Counted from the first letter of the stretch, positions 31,173-41,048 are shown. The stretch: 64,000 nt of DNA from Gammaproteobacteria bacterium (GCA_041483135.1 JBGPFE010000003.1:6035-70034), one strand, 5' to 3'. Numbers and translations: made by a program. Notes: generated by a model not told the origin, from the sequence alone.

Positions 31173-33593
31173 ATGTCTTTGCACAGCGGGTCGTTCATGC
31201 GTCTTAATGTTATTGGCTTCGCCGCCGGCGTGTGGTGGCTGCAGGTGCAGGCGCAATTGCCGTCGCCGCACTGGTACTGGCTCGCCGCGCCGCTCGCGTG
31301 CCTGGCGCTGCTGACGGCGCGGCCGTCGCTGCCGCCGCTGCGCATAACGCGGTGCGCGCTGGCGATGGCGTGCTGTATTGCGTGCGGGTTTTTGTGGGCG
31401 GCGTGGCTCGCCGGGCAGCGACTTGCCGATGCGCTGCCAGCGGAGTGGGAAGGGCCGGACATTCAACTCGCCGGTGTTATCGCCGTCCTGCCTCAGCCGT
31501 ACGAGCGCAGCCTGCGTTTCGAGTTCGATGTCGAGCGCGTGCTGACGCCCCAGGCCGTCGTTCCCGCGCATATCGCATTGTCGTGGTGGGGAAGCCCGGC
31601 GCGCGACGACCGGCCGGCGACGTTTCCCGAGTTGCATGCGGGCGAGCGCTGGCAGCTTACGGTGCGGCTGCGGCGACCGCACGGCACGCTCAATCCGCAC
31701 GGTTTCGATTACGAAGCATGGCTGCTCGAACGCAACATCCGCGCGACCGGTTACATCCGGCCCAGTGGTGGCAACCGGCGGCTGTCGACGCTGGTGATGC
31801 GGCCGCAATATCTCGTCGAGCGCGTGCGTGAAGCGGTCCGCGGCCGCATTCAGACCTCGCTTGCCGACGCGCCGTATGCCGGCGTGCTCGCGGCGCTCGC
31901 AATCGGCGACCAGCGCGCAATCACTCAAACGCAGTGGCAGACCTTCACGCGCACCGGCGTGAATCACCTGATGAGCATCTCGGGCCTGCACGTGACGATG
32001 ATTTCGGGCCTCGCGTTCGCGCTCGCCTATTACCTGTGGCGCTTGAGCGCGCGCCTGACGCTGTGGCTGCCGGCGCGCAAGGCAGCTGCGGTCGCGGGTC
32101 TTTCCGCCGCGTTTGTGTACGCCTGGCTTGCGGGATTCGAGGTGCCGGCGCAGCGCACCGTCTATATGCTGGCGGTGGTGGCGGCTGCGCTGTGGATGGG
32201 GCGCCTCACTTCGGCATCGGCGGTATTGAGCGCAGCGTTGCTCGCCGTGCTCGCGCTCGATCCATGGGCGGTGCTCGCGCCGGGGTTCTGGTTGTCGTTC
32301 GGCGCGGTGGCGCTGATACTGCTGGTGTCGACCGGCCGGATCGCGCCGCCGCACTGGCTGACGGCGTGGGCGCGCGTGCAATGGGCGGTGACGCTGGGGC
32401 TGATCCCGCTGCTGCTCGCGCTGTTCCAGCAGGTGTCGCTGGTTTCGCCGCTCGCCAACGCCGTCGCGATCCCGGTGGTGAGCCTGGTCGTCGTGCCGCT
32501 GACTTTGATCGGCGTGATGTTGCCGTTCGATCTCGTGCTGCAGCTCGCGCATGCGGTGATGGGAGCGTGCGGAGCGCTGTTGGAATGGATGAGCGCGCTG
32601 CCCGCCGCAGTCTGGCAGCAGCACGCGCCGCCCACGTGGACTGTGGCGGCGGCGATGTCCGGCGTGCTGTGGCTGTTGCTGCCGCGCGGTTTTCCGGCGC
32701 GCTGGATCGGTGCGGCAGCGCTGCTGCCGATATTTCTGGTCGAGCCGCCATTGCTGGCCGAAGGCGCCCTCAGGTTGAGCGTGCTCGACGTCGGGCAGGG
32801 GCTCGCGGTCGTTGCACAAACCCGCAACCACGCGTTGCTCTACGATGCCGGCCCCGCGTTCGGGCCGCAGATCGACAGCGGCAACCGCATCGTCGTGCCA
32901 TTTCTGCGTGCGGCCGGCGTGCGCACGCTGACGGGGATGGTGATAAGTCACAGCGACAACGACCATAGCGGCGGCGCAAGTTCGGTGCTGCAGGCATTGC
33001 CGGTCGACTGGTTATTGTCATCGCTGCCCGCTACGCATCCGCTGCTCGCGCAAGTTGCGTCGTCGCAACGATGCACGGCCGGCGAGCGCTGGGAGTGGGA
33101 TGGCGTCGAGTTCGATTTGCTGCACCCGAGGCCTGAGAGCTACGCGCGCGAAAAGCTGCGCGTGAACGACCGCGGCTGCGTGCTGCGCATCGGCACCGCG
33201 GGTGCGAGCGTGCTGCTCACTGCGGACATCGAGAGTAAATCGGAGCGCGAGCTGCTGGCGGCGGTCCCGGACCGGCTGCGCGCGCAGGTGCTGCTCGTGC
33301 CGCACCACGGCAGCCGCACCTCGTCATCGCCCGAGTTCATCGCGCAGGTCGACCCCGCCATTGCGCTCGTTGCCGCCGGCTACCGCAACCGGTTCGGGCA
33401 TCCGAAAGACGACGTGCTCGACCGCTACCGCGCGCTCGGCAGCCGCATCTATCGCACCGATCATGACGGTGCGCTGCTGCTCGACGTCGGCCGTGATGGC
33501 GCGATCAGCGTGCAGCGCTATCGCGGGCTGTACCGGCGCTACTGGCACGCGCCAACCGAAAATCCCGACCTGCCCGAGGATGAAGTGCCGTGA
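31173..33593 (+). CDS. comEC: DNA internalization-related competence protein ComEC/Rec2
   Basis: About 800-aa polytopic protein with the competence-domain block TGVNHLMSISGLHV. The C-terminal metallo-beta-lactamase domain has VISHSDNDHSGG...PHHGS. Confidence 0.9.
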   Translation: MSLHSGSFMRLNVIGFAAGVWWLQVQAQLPSPHWYWLAAPLACLALLTARPSLPPLRITRCALAMACCIACGFLWAAWLAGQRLADALPAEWEGPDIQLAGVIAVLPQPYERSLRFEFDVERVLTPQAVVPAHIALSWWGSPARDDRPATFPELHAGERWQLTVRLRRPHGTLNPHGFDYEAWLLERNIRATGYIRPSGGNRRLSTLVMRPQYLVERVREAVRGRIQTSLADAPYAGVLAALAIGDQRAITQTQWQTFTRTGVNHLMSISGLHVTMISGLAFALAYYLWRLSARLTLWLPARKAAAVAGLSAAFVYAWLAGFEVPAQRTVYMLAVVAAALWMGRLTSASAVLSAALLAVLALDPWAVLAPGFWLSFGAVALILLVSTGRIAPPHWLTAWARVQWAVTLGLIPLLLALFQQVSLVSPLANAVAIPVVSLVVVPLTLIGVMLPFDLVLQLAHAVMGACGALLEWMSALPAAVWQQHAPPTWTVAAAMSGVLWLLLPRGFPARWIGAAALLPIFLVEPPLLAEGALRLSVLDVGQGLAVVAQTRNHALLYDAGPAFGPQIDSGNRIVVPFLRAAGVRTLTGMVISHSDNDHSGGASSVLQALPVDWLLSSLPATHPLLAQVASSQRCTAGERWEWDGVEFDLLHPRPESYAREKLRVNDRGCVLRIGTAGASVLLTADIESKSERELLAAVPDRLRAQVLLVPHHGSRTSSSPEFIAQVDPAIALVAAGYRNRFGHPKDDVLDRYRALGSRIYRTDHDGALLLDVGRDGAISVQRYRGLYRRYWHAPTENPDLPEDEVP

Positions 33594-34379
33594 TCACAGG
33601 AAACCGATCAGCGCATCGAGTACCGCATCGGGCTGCTCGGCCATCAAGGCGTGCCCGCTGCCTTCGAGAGTGACGGTTTGCGCGTGCGGGAGACGCTTGA
33701 CGAATTCGTGCGTTGCGCGCGGCGGGATCATCTGATCGCGGCTGCCGACGATGACGAGCGCGGGACACTGAATACTCGCCGCCGCATCAGCCGCCACGTA
33801 ATCGTGGCACGCCTTGAAGTCGGCGTAGAGGACGCCCGACGCCTGGCGCTCCAGCAGCCGCAAATTCATGCCGAGCAGCCACAGGCCGGGCGCGGTGTTG
33901 CCGCCGATCTGCGCGCGGGGGCTAAACGACCAGACATTGATCATGTCGAGCGCCGCGTGATCGTCAGCCCGCGCAGCGTCGAGCAGCGGTTCGGCGACCG
34001 GCATCGGCACCGCCGTGCCGAGCAGGGCGATCTTCGCAATCCGCAACGGGTGATGCGCGGCGAGCTCGAGCGCCACCAGCGAACCCATGCTGTGGCCGAC
34101 GCTTGCCGCCCGCTTTACGCCGGCGCCGTCCAGCGCGGCGATCACCCAATCGGCCATCGCAGCGATCGATGCGAGCGCGGGTCCCTGTGAGCGGCCGTGG
34201 CCGGGCAGGTCGGGCGCGAGCACGTTGTACCGGTGGTAAGCGAAATAGCGGCTTTGCAGCACCCATGCGCTGTGGTCCTGTTCGCCGCCATGGATGAACA
34301 CCACCGTCGGCAGCGCCGGATCAATCGCGTGGCCGGCAGTGTAGACGTAGGCGCTTTTGCCCCGCACGTCGAGTTTCAT
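33594..34379 (-). CDS. alpha/beta-fold hydrolase
   Basis: VVFIHGG, nucleophile elbow GHSMGS, and C-terminal GSGHALMAEQP. Confidence 0.8.
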   Translation of the reverse strand: MKLDVRGKSAYVYTAGHAIDPALPTVVFIHGGEQDHSAWVLQSRYFAYHRYNVLAPDLPGHGRSQGPALASIAAMADWVIAALDGAGVKRAASVGHSMGSLVALELAAHHPLRIAKIALLGTAVPMPVAEPLLDAARADDHAALDMINVWSFSPRAQIGGNTAPGLWLLGMNLRLLERQASGVLYADFKACHDYVAADAAASIQCPALVIVGSRDQMIPPRATHEFVKRLPHAQTVTLEGSGHALMAEQPDAVLDALIGFL

Positions 34380-34385
34380 CGCGAC

Positions 34386-35681
34386 TTAGGCTTTCTGCGA
34401 TGCATGGAGCGCGCGGCTCAGATCTTCGATCAAATCGTCGGGGTCTTCGAGGCCGATCGACAGGCGGATCGTGCCTTCGCTGATGCCGGCAGCCCTGAGC
34501 GCCGCTTCGTCCATGCGGTAATGGGTGGTAGACGCGGGATGGATCACGAGGGATTTGGCGTCACCGACGTTGGCGAGATGCGAAAATACGCGCAAGGTGT
34601 CGATGAAACGCCGCCCGGCAGGACGCCCGCCGCGAATCGTGAAGCTGAATACCGCGCCGCACCCTTTGGGCAGCAGTTTTTGCGCGAGCGCGTGATCGGG
34701 ATGATCCGGCAGCTCGGGATAGATCACCGCTTCAACCGCTTCGTGGCCGGCGAGAAACGCGACGATCCTGCGCGTGTTCTCGACATGCCGCTGCATTCTG
34801 AGCGGCAGCGTCTCGATTCCCTGCAGGATGTGGAATGCGTTGGTCGGGCTCATGCAGGCGCCGAAATCGCGCAATCCCTCGCGCCGCGCGCGCAGCAGAA
34901 ATGCGGCGACGGTCGATTCCTCGTCGAACACCATGCCGTGGAAGCCGTCGTACGGCTCCGACAGCAGCGGAAATTTTTCCGAGGTTTCCCAGTCGAATTT
35001 GCCGCTGTCGACCAGCACACCGCCGATCGCAACGCCATGACCGCCGAGGAATTTGGTCGCCGAGTGATAGAGCAGGTCGGCGCCGAGCTCGAAGGGCCGC
35101 ATCAGATACGGCGTGGTAAACGTCGAGTCGACCAGCAGCGGCAGCCCTGCATCATGGGCGACCGCTGCCACGCGCGGCACGTCGAGCACATCAAGGCCGG
35201 GGTTGCCGAGCGTCTCGCCGAATACGAGCCGCGTATTGGGTCGAATTGCCGTGCGGAATGCGTCGACCTCGCGCGGATCGACGAACGTGGTTGCGATGCC
35301 GAAGCGCGGCAGCGTGTAATTCAGCAGGTTGTGCGAGCCGCCGTAGAGCGAGCGCGACGCGACGATGTGCGAACCCGCGCCCATCAGCGTCGCGATCGCG
35401 AGGTGCAGCGCGGCCTGGCCGCTCGCGGCGGCGATCGCGCCGATGCCGCCTTCGAGCGCGGCAACGCGTTCCTCGAGCACGGCACAGGTTGGATTCGAGA
35501 TGCGCGAGTAGACGTGGCCGGCGCGCTCCATGTTGAAGAGCGCCGCCGCCTGATCGGTGTCTTTGAAGACGAAGCTGGTGGTCTGGTAGATCGGGGTCGC
35601 GCGCGCGCCGTACAGCGGATCGGGCTGCTGGCCCGCGTGCAGGCTCAGCGTATCAAAACTAAAGGATTTTGGAACGGCCAT
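34386..35681 (-). CDS. metY: O-acetylhomoserine aminocarboxypropyltransferase/sulfhydrylase
   Basis: 431 aa. The PLP-enzyme block SATKFLGGHG carries the Lys, and the N-terminus is FDTLSLHAGQQPDP. Confidence 0.9.
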   Translation of the reverse strand: MAVPKSFSFDTLSLHAGQQPDPLYGARATPIYQTTSFVFKDTDQAAALFNMERAGHVYSRISNPTCAVLEERVAALEGGIGAIAAASGQAALHLAIATLMGAGSHIVASRSLYGGSHNLLNYTLPRFGIATTFVDPREVDAFRTAIRPNTRLVFGETLGNPGLDVLDVPRVAAVAHDAGLPLLVDSTFTTPYLMRPFELGADLLYHSATKFLGGHGVAIGGVLVDSGKFDWETSEKFPLLSEPYDGFHGMVFDEESTVAAFLLRARREGLRDFGACMSPTNAFHILQGIETLPLRMQRHVENTRRIVAFLAGHEAVEAVIYPELPDHPDHALAQKLLPKGCGAVFSFTIRGGRPAGRRFIDTLRVFSHLANVGDAKSLVIHPASTTHYRMDEAALRAAGISEGTIRLSIGLEDPDDLIEDLSRALHASQKA

Positions 35682-35780
35682 GGGACCTCCACTGGAGATC
35701 CCATTGTAACAAGGCGGGGGAGAGCGCCTGCGGACCTGACCGCGCCGTTAAGCGGCAGCCAGCGTGCCGGCGAATTTAAT

Positions 35781-35797
35781 CCGGCAGTTTCTGCCGG
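35781..35797 (-). terminator. possible intrinsic terminator after the 137-aa gene
   Basis: CCGGCAG-aaa-CTGCCGG lies 2 nt after the stop, followed by ATTAAATT, which is a weak U tract. Confidence 0.4.
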
Positions 35798-35799
35798 TA

Positions 35800-36213
35800 T
35801 TAAAACTTCTTGTGCAGCATGAAACCGGGCGCGCGCTTGGGTTGCAGGCCAAGACTGCTGCTCGGGCTCAATTCGACGGTGCTCGAGGAATTGATGTTGA
35901 GCCCGACGCCGACGCCCCATTCGTTTTTCTGGTCGAGCGGCACGACGAGGCCCTTCGCCTCGCGGTTGTAGTTGATACCGAACGGCAACTCGATTCCGTT
36001 GCTGGCAGCACTACCGGACTGAGGTTTGAGGCCAAGATGACTGGGCGTGAGCTTCGCGCGCAACGTGTCGGCGTCGAGCTGGATCGGCGGGTGCAGATCG
36101 GCGGGCGGCGACATCGTGGTAACTGCACTTTGCGCGAAGGAAACCGTTGCAATCGAGCCCGCGGCGAGCGTGGCAGCGGCAAGCAGCATAAGAGTACGCG
36201 GATGACCGGTCAT
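35800..36213 (-). CDS. hypothetical exported protein
   Basis: Signal peptide MTGHPRTLMLLAAATLAAGSIATVSFAQS. Ser/Gly/Leu-rich, ends in ...HKKF. No recognised domain. Confidence 0.5.
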   Translation of the reverse strand: MTGHPRTLMLLAAATLAAGSIATVSFAQSAVTTMSPPADLHPPIQLDADTLRAKLTPSHLGLKPQSGSAASNGIELPFGINYNREAKGLVVPLDQKNEWGVGVGLNINSSSTVELSPSSSLGLQPKRAPGFMLHKKF

Positions 36214-36631
36214 GGCGCCTTCTCCTGCTTAAGTGCTGAGAACCGGGCTGCTTGGGCAGTCTTATATCCGGGGGTAGCAATATTATCAACCCGAAAGTGT
36301 GACTTTTTCAACAGTTACTTGAACAGAACCCGGTCGGCTCGAGATTTCGTTTGTACTTTGTGAGTATATGGTAATCAATCGCTTATGTTATATTTCAGAG
36401 AATATGCATCATGTCAGCCGCGAGCGCGGGTCGAGCATTGGCTGCCAACGCCGGGTCCTGCAGCCCTGGACGCAGCGCCAGCGGCTCCGGCGCGTGGCAG
36501 GGGGTTCCAGACACGCACAATGCGCCGTGCCTCGGCTTCCTTGTCATTGCCCGGGATAATCGCTGACGATTTATGGTGCTGCAGGCGGTGCACAATAGTG
36601 CTTTGCTCATTTTGCAGCGGTCATATCCGCA

Positions 36632-37396
36632 ATGTATAAAAAATGTCCTGAATGCGGCTTTGAGCGCAAACCGGATGATCGGTCCGATCCCGGCGTTTGC
36701 CCGGCGTGCAGGCTGGTGTTTGCCAAATGGGTGAGCCGTACGCTCGGTAGCGGCGGCGCGAATCGCATAGCGGACGGCGATGAATCGCAGGGAGAAGGGC
36801 GGGTAGCGATGCTGGTCGCTCGCTTGACCTTCATTGAGCCGCACACGGACCCCACGGTATTTTGGGGACGCGTAGCGGTATACGTCGTGCTTTTTGCATG
36901 GGGCTGGTACTTCATCCTGCTCAATTTTCGCAGCTACGAAATCATGAGTTCGTTCATGCATCGGGTCGATCTGGTGTTCCATGAGGCGGGGCACGTGGTT
37001 TTCATTCCATTTGGCTCTTTCATGACGATACTCGGCGGAACTTTGGGCCAGTTGATCATGCCCATAGTTGTAATGGTGGCGCTGATCGTCACCGGTCACG
37101 ACAACTTCGGCGGCTCGGTCGGACTCTGGTGGCTGGGTCAAAGCCTCATGGACTGCGCGCCTTACATCGCCGATGCGCGGGCGTTGCAATTGCCGCTGCT
37201 CGGCGGCGGCACCGGCCAGGACCGGCCCGGTATGCACGACTGGGAAAATATCTTGCTCGACTTGAATATCATCCAGCACGATCTGCAAATCGGCGCGGCA
37301 GCCCATATTATGGGTGCAATCGTGATGCTGGCTGCATTCGCGTGGGGAGGCTACATATTGCTGCAGCAATACCGAAATCTCGAACGTCAGGATTGA
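36632..37396 (+). CDS. membrane protein with N-terminal zinc ribbon and HExxH motif (putative metalloprotease-like)
   Basis: CPECG...CPAC at the N-terminus, several TM segments, and VFHEAGHVVF inside or next to a TM segment. Confidence 0.6.
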   Translation: MYKKCPECGFERKPDDRSDPGVCPACRLVFAKWVSRTLGSGGANRIADGDESQGEGRVAMLVARLTFIEPHTDPTVFWGRVAVYVVLFAWGWYFILLNFRSYEIMSSFMHRVDLVFHEAGHVVFIPFGSFMTILGGTLGQLIMPIVVMVALIVTGHDNFGGSVGLWWLGQSLMDCAPYIADARALQLPLLGGGTGQDRPGMHDWENILLDLNIIQHDLQIGAAAHIMGAIVMLAAFAWGGYILLQQYRNLERQD

Positions 37397-37400
37397 TCAT

Positions 37401-39581
37401 ATGGTGGGAGCCATGCATTTGAAACTTGTGGCGCAGCCCGGTGACGAGCGCGCCACCGCCTGGCTGGCTGAGCTCGGCACTGATTACGCCGAGTCCGACA
37501 CAGTTCTGCTCAAGCGAGCGCTCGCATGGGTTACGCCGCGACTCGAGGGGCGCACCGTCAAGGGCGGCGAGCCGGCGCTCGCGCATGCGTTGAGCATGGC
37601 TTCCATTTTGCGCGAGATCAAGCTTGACGCCGAATGCCTGGCCGCGAGCCTGCTTGCACAGGTTGCCGATGCGCACGAAGCCGTGGTTGCGATACGCGAT
37701 CAGTTCGGCGCGCGTGCCGCTGAACTCGCCGAAGGCGTCGCGCGCATGGCGATGATCGAAAGCCTGAGCAGCCGCGCGTCGCGCGCCGGCGAACAAGCGG
37801 CGCAGTTCGAAGGCTTGCGCAAGATGTTGCTGGCGATGGCGCAGGACGTACGCGTGGTGCTGATCAAGCTCGCCGACCAGACCCAGACCATGCGCTTCGT
37901 GGTCAGGTGCGATGACGTGCAGTTGCGTCACGATATGGCGCGGCTCGCGCTCGACATCTTTGCGCCGCTCGCCAACCGGCTCGGCGTGTGGCAGCTCAAG
38001 TGGGAACTCGAAGACCTTGCGTTGCGCATCCTCGAGCCGGATACCTACAGACGCATCGCCAAACTGCTCGACGAAAAGCGCGGCGACCGCGAGCGCTATA
38101 TCGACACTATGATCGCGCGGCTGCGCGAGGAACTCGCGCATTCCGGCATCAAGGCCGAGATCAGCGGCCGGCCGAAGCACATCTACAGCATCTATAACAA
38201 GATGCGGCGCAAAGGCGTCGATTTCGATGCGCTCTACGACGTGCGCGCGGTGCGCGTGCTGGTCGATGACATCAAGGACTGCTATACCGCGCTCGGCATC
38301 GTGCACAGCCGGTGGACGCCGCTGCCGAAGGAGTTCGACGATTACATCGCCAAGCCGAAAAGCAACGATTACCGCTCGCTGCACACCGCGGTGACCGGGC
38401 CCGAAGGCAAGCCGCTCGAGATCCAGATCCGTACTTTCGAGATGCACCGGCACGCCGAGCTCGGCGTCGCCGCGCACTGGCGCTATAAGGAAGGCTTGCG
38501 CCGCGATTCGGGGTACGACGAGAGAATCGCCTGGCTCAGGCAGATCGTCGAGTGGAAGGACGAGGTTGCCGATGCCGGCGAGCTGGCTGCCCAATTCAGG
38601 AGTGAACTCTTCGCCGATACGATTTACGTGCTGACGCCGCAAGGCAGGGTTATCGACCTGCCGAAGGACGCGACGCCGATCGATTTTGCTTACCACGTGC
38701 ATACCGATCTCGGCCACCTCTGCCGCGGCGCCAAAGTCGATGGGGCGATGGTGCCGCTCAACACGCCGCTCAAGAACGGCCAGCAGGTTGAAGTTACGGC
38801 GGCGAAGCAGGGCGGCCCGAGCCGCGACTGGCTCAACCCCGCGCACGGATTTCTCAGGAGCGCCGGCGCGCGCGCCAAGGTCCGGCAGTGGTTCAACCGT
38901 CAGAACCATGAAGTATCGGTGGCGCAGGGTCGCGACATGGTCGAGAAGGAGCTGCAGCGCCACGGTATGACCGGCATCAACCTCGACAAGCTCGCGCGGC
39001 AATTCGAGTTCGACCAGCTGAACGATTTTCTCGCCGAGGTCGGCCGCGGTGAAATCGGGCCGCGCCAGCTGCAGAACGCATTGCGCGCCGATAAGGCGCC
39101 GCCCGCCGCGGCGGATGAGAAAGCGATCGTCAGAAAGCCGCGCGCGCAGCCGGGCGGCATATTGGTGGTCGGCGTCGACAAGCTGTTGACGGTGCCGGCC
39201 AAATGCTGCAAGCCGGTGCCGCCGGATCCTATTATCGGTTTCGTGTCGCGCGGCCGCGGTGTGACCATACACCGCAAGAGCTGCGGCAACGTGCGGCGCC
39301 TGGCGGCCGAACGGCTGGTCGCCGCGGACTGGGGCATGTCGGCGGACGCAACGTTCCCGGTCGATATCGTGATCGAGGCGAACGACCGCCCCGGCTTGCT
39401 GCGCGACATCACCGAAATCCTGTCGCGCGAGCGTATCAACGTAACCGCGACCCACAGCACGAGCCGCGACGCAGCAGCGCGCATGCTGTTGACAATCGAG
39501 ATCAATAATCTGGATCAGCTGAACCGCGTGCTGGCGTTGATCCGCGATGTGCCGGGCGTCGCGCGCGCGGCGCGCCGTTAG
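37401..39581 (+). CDS. relA: GTP pyrophosphokinase RelA ((p)ppGpp synthetase I)
   Basis: Synthetase block RPKHIYSIYNKMRRK...DVRAVRVLV...YRSLHTAV, plus TGS and ACT domains. The hydrolase HD motif is replaced (LLAQVADA), so this is RelA rather than SpoT. Confidence 0.9.
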   Translation: MVGAMHLKLVAQPGDERATAWLAELGTDYAESDTVLLKRALAWVTPRLEGRTVKGGEPALAHALSMASILREIKLDAECLAASLLAQVADAHEAVVAIRDQFGARAAELAEGVARMAMIESLSSRASRAGEQAAQFEGLRKMLLAMAQDVRVVLIKLADQTQTMRFVVRCDDVQLRHDMARLALDIFAPLANRLGVWQLKWELEDLALRILEPDTYRRIAKLLDEKRGDRERYIDTMIARLREELAHSGIKAEISGRPKHIYSIYNKMRRKGVDFDALYDVRAVRVLVDDIKDCYTALGIVHSRWTPLPKEFDDYIAKPKSNDYRSLHTAVTGPEGKPLEIQIRTFEMHRHAELGVAAHWRYKEGLRRDSGYDERIAWLRQIVEWKDEVADAGELAAQFRSELFADTIYVLTPQGRVIDLPKDATPIDFAYHVHTDLGHLCRGAKVDGAMVPLNTPLKNGQQVEVTAAKQGGPSRDWLNPAHGFLRSAGARAKVRQWFNRQNHEVSVAQGRDMVEKELQRHGMTGINLDKLARQFEFDQLNDFLAEVGRGEIGPRQLQNALRADKAPPAAADEKAIVRKPRAQPGGILVVGVDKLLTVPAKCCKPVPPDPIIGFVSRGRGVTIHRKSCGNVRRLAAERLVAADWGMSADATFPVDIVIEANDRPGLLRDITEILSRERINVTATHSTSRDAAARMLLTIEINNLDQLNRVLALIRDVPGVARAARR

Positions 39582-40420
39582 CTGGTAGTCGCCAGGGTAA
39601 GCGGCGCGACCGGCAGGCCGCCAATTTCGGAAGTCCAGGTCTCTCCGGCTTTGATCGACAGCGCCGCGGTCAGCGTTCCGGTGGTGATGATTTCGCCGGC
39701 GGCGAGCGCATCAAATTTCGGCTGCGTTGCAAGAACGTCGGCGAGAAACGCGAGCGCGAGCGCCGGGTGATCGAGCGCGTTACTGGCGACGCCGCGGTCT
39801 TTTACTTCACCGTTGCACTTCAACGTAGCCTGGCATTCGCGAAGCTGCTCGGGAAGTTTCATGATTTCGGCCGGCTTCAACGTATACGGCTCACCGACGA
39901 CCAGACGCCAATGAAACGATTGATCCGCGATCGAGTCGGCGGGTTGGAACTTCCAGTTCTCAAAATGGCAGTCGACAATTTCGAAGCTCGGTGCGAGCCA
40001 TTCGATAGAACCGAGAATTTTCACCGGATCTTTACAGCCGGTCGGCACCGCGCCGCACAGCTTGAACGCGGTTTCGGGTTCGATCCTGGGAGCGGCGGCG
40101 CCGGAAAGCGACAACGACGCCTTGTTGTCCTTGGCATGAATCAGCATGCTGTCGTAAACATGCGCCCAGATCGGTGCCGTCGCGCCGTACTCGGCCCAGA
40201 TGTTGCGATTGGTGAATCCGACCTTGCGGCCGACGCAGCGCTCACCGCGCGCACGGCGCAGCTTGACGATCTCCGCCGCGACATCATATGCAGCGTTCGA
40301 GTCGAATTGGGGGTTGCGTGCGGTAGGCAAGGTTGTCAGTCTGCCGTGATCGTAAGTATCGAGCAGCTGTAGCGCGATAGATCGGGTATCAGGCATGAAT
40401 TCCTGTTTCATGATTTTCAC
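39578..40420 (-). CDS. 2-keto-4-pentenoate hydratase-like (hydratase/decarboxylase family) protein
   Basis: AYDVAAEIVKLRRARGERCVGRKVGFTNRNIW... resembles the MhpD/hydratase family. The assignment rests on motif memory only. Confidence 0.6.
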   Translation of the reverse strand: MKIMKQEFMPDTRSIALQLLDTYDHGRLTTLPTARNPQFDSNAAYDVAAEIVKLRRARGERCVGRKVGFTNRNIWAEYGATAPIWAHVYDSMLIHAKDNKASLSLSGAAAPRIEPETAFKLCGAVPTGCKDPVKILGSIEWLAPSFEIVDCHFENWKFQPADSIADQSFHWRLVVGEPYTLKPAEIMKLPEQLRECQATLKCNGEVKDRGVASNALDHPALALAFLADVLATQPKFDALAAGEIITTGTLTAALSIKAGETWTSEIGGLPVAPLTLATTS

Positions 40421-40707
40421 GCAATACCTTCCACCACGATCATTTTGGTTTCGGCGGCGCGCTGGCGCTGGGCTTTGGCTGCGGTGTATTCACGCGAGCC
40501 CCACCATTGCTTTGCGCGCTCGCAAGACGGGAACTCCAATATCACGATGCGTTGCGGCTGCCAGCTGCCTTCCAGAGTTTCGCATTTCCCGCCACGCACC
40601 ACAAACTTCCCGTCGTATGCGGCAAGCGACGGCGGCACCTGCTTCTTGTAATCTTCATAACCGGCAGGGTCGGTAACTTCTACCTCAACTATGATATAGG
40701 CGGTCAT
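40417..40707 (-). CDS. DUF1330 domain-containing protein
   Basis: 96 aa, MTAYIIVEVEVTDPAGYEDYKKQVPPSLAAYDGKFVVRGG...ILEFPSCERAKQWW. Its stop overlaps the downstream hydratase ATG (ATGA). Confidence 0.8.
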   Translation of the reverse strand: MTAYIIVEVEVTDPAGYEDYKKQVPPSLAAYDGKFVVRGGKCETLEGSWQPQRIVILEFPSCERAKQWWGSREYTAAKAQRQRAAETKMIVVEGIA

Positions 40708-40830
40708 GTTTTCTCCACGGATATCGAGGGCGAATAAAGCGTGTGCTGATGCAAAGCATGGCACTATATTGATCGCCTGGATTGGCGGCAACCGAAGCCG
40801 CTGTGTGTGCAAGACAAGGCCATGATTTAT

Positions 40831-40859
40831 TTGAACCACCATGCTGAAACAGGTAGAAT
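40831..40859 (+). promoter_or_regulatory. sigma70 promoter of tRNA-Val (TTGAAC-17-TAGAAT)
   Basis: -35 at 40831-40836 and -10 at 40854-40859. The tRNA 5' end lies 12 nt downstream. Confidence 0.6.
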
Positions 40860-40870
40860 CCACCGCTTTC

Positions 40871-40947
40871 AGGCGCGTAGCTCAGCTGGTTAGAGCACCA
40901 CCTTGACATGGTGGGGGTCGTTGGTTCGAGTCCAATCGCGCCTACCA
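40871..40947 (+). tRNA. tRNA-Val (anticodon GAC)
   Basis: Manual cloverleaf: acceptor AGGCGCG/CGCGCCT, D stem GCTC/GAGC, anticodon stem CCACC/GGTGG with loop TTGACAT, T arm GTTGG-TTCGAGT-CCAAT, encoded CCA. Confidence 0.93.
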
Positions 40948-41023
40948 ACAGTTAATGCGGACACGGATGTGCCGCTTTAACTCTGCGCATACGAGCAGAC
41001 AAGTTTGCTGCTCAATGCGCAGC

Positions 41024-41048
41024 CCGGCCAGGAGCCGGTTTTATTTTT
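41024..41048 (+). terminator. rho-independent terminator after tRNA-Val
   Basis: CCGGC-caggA-GCCGG followed by TTTTATTTTT. Confidence 0.7.

Noticed and set aside
30933-32966. 677-aa ORF on the minus strand
   Set aside because: It lies exactly antisense to comEC. The translation is dominated by R/H/Q/P/A with no recognisable motif. The + strand product has clear ComEC and metallo-beta-lactamase motifs. This is a typical high-GC antisense artefact.
35682-35799. SAM-type riboswitch upstream of metY
   Set aside because: A plausible -10 (TACAAT) lies only about 25 nt upstream of the ATG, and the remaining sequence is taken up by the upstream gene's terminator hairpin. That leaves too little room for a riboswitch aptamer.
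37308-39455. 715-aa ORF antisense to relA. Similar long antisense ORFs occur at 8481-10013 (phaC), 14410-15744 (copA), 18793-20403 (lysS) and 41239-42438 (thrS).
   Set aside because: In each case the opposite strand encodes a strongly recognisable protein. The antisense translations are low-complexity R/A/G/H-rich and lack start context.
40871-40947. tRNA-Val or tRNA-Pro as an integration site of a genomic island
   Set aside because: No integrase was found, and I could see no direct repeat of either tRNA 3' end downstream. The flanking genes are core (thrS operon, skp-like).
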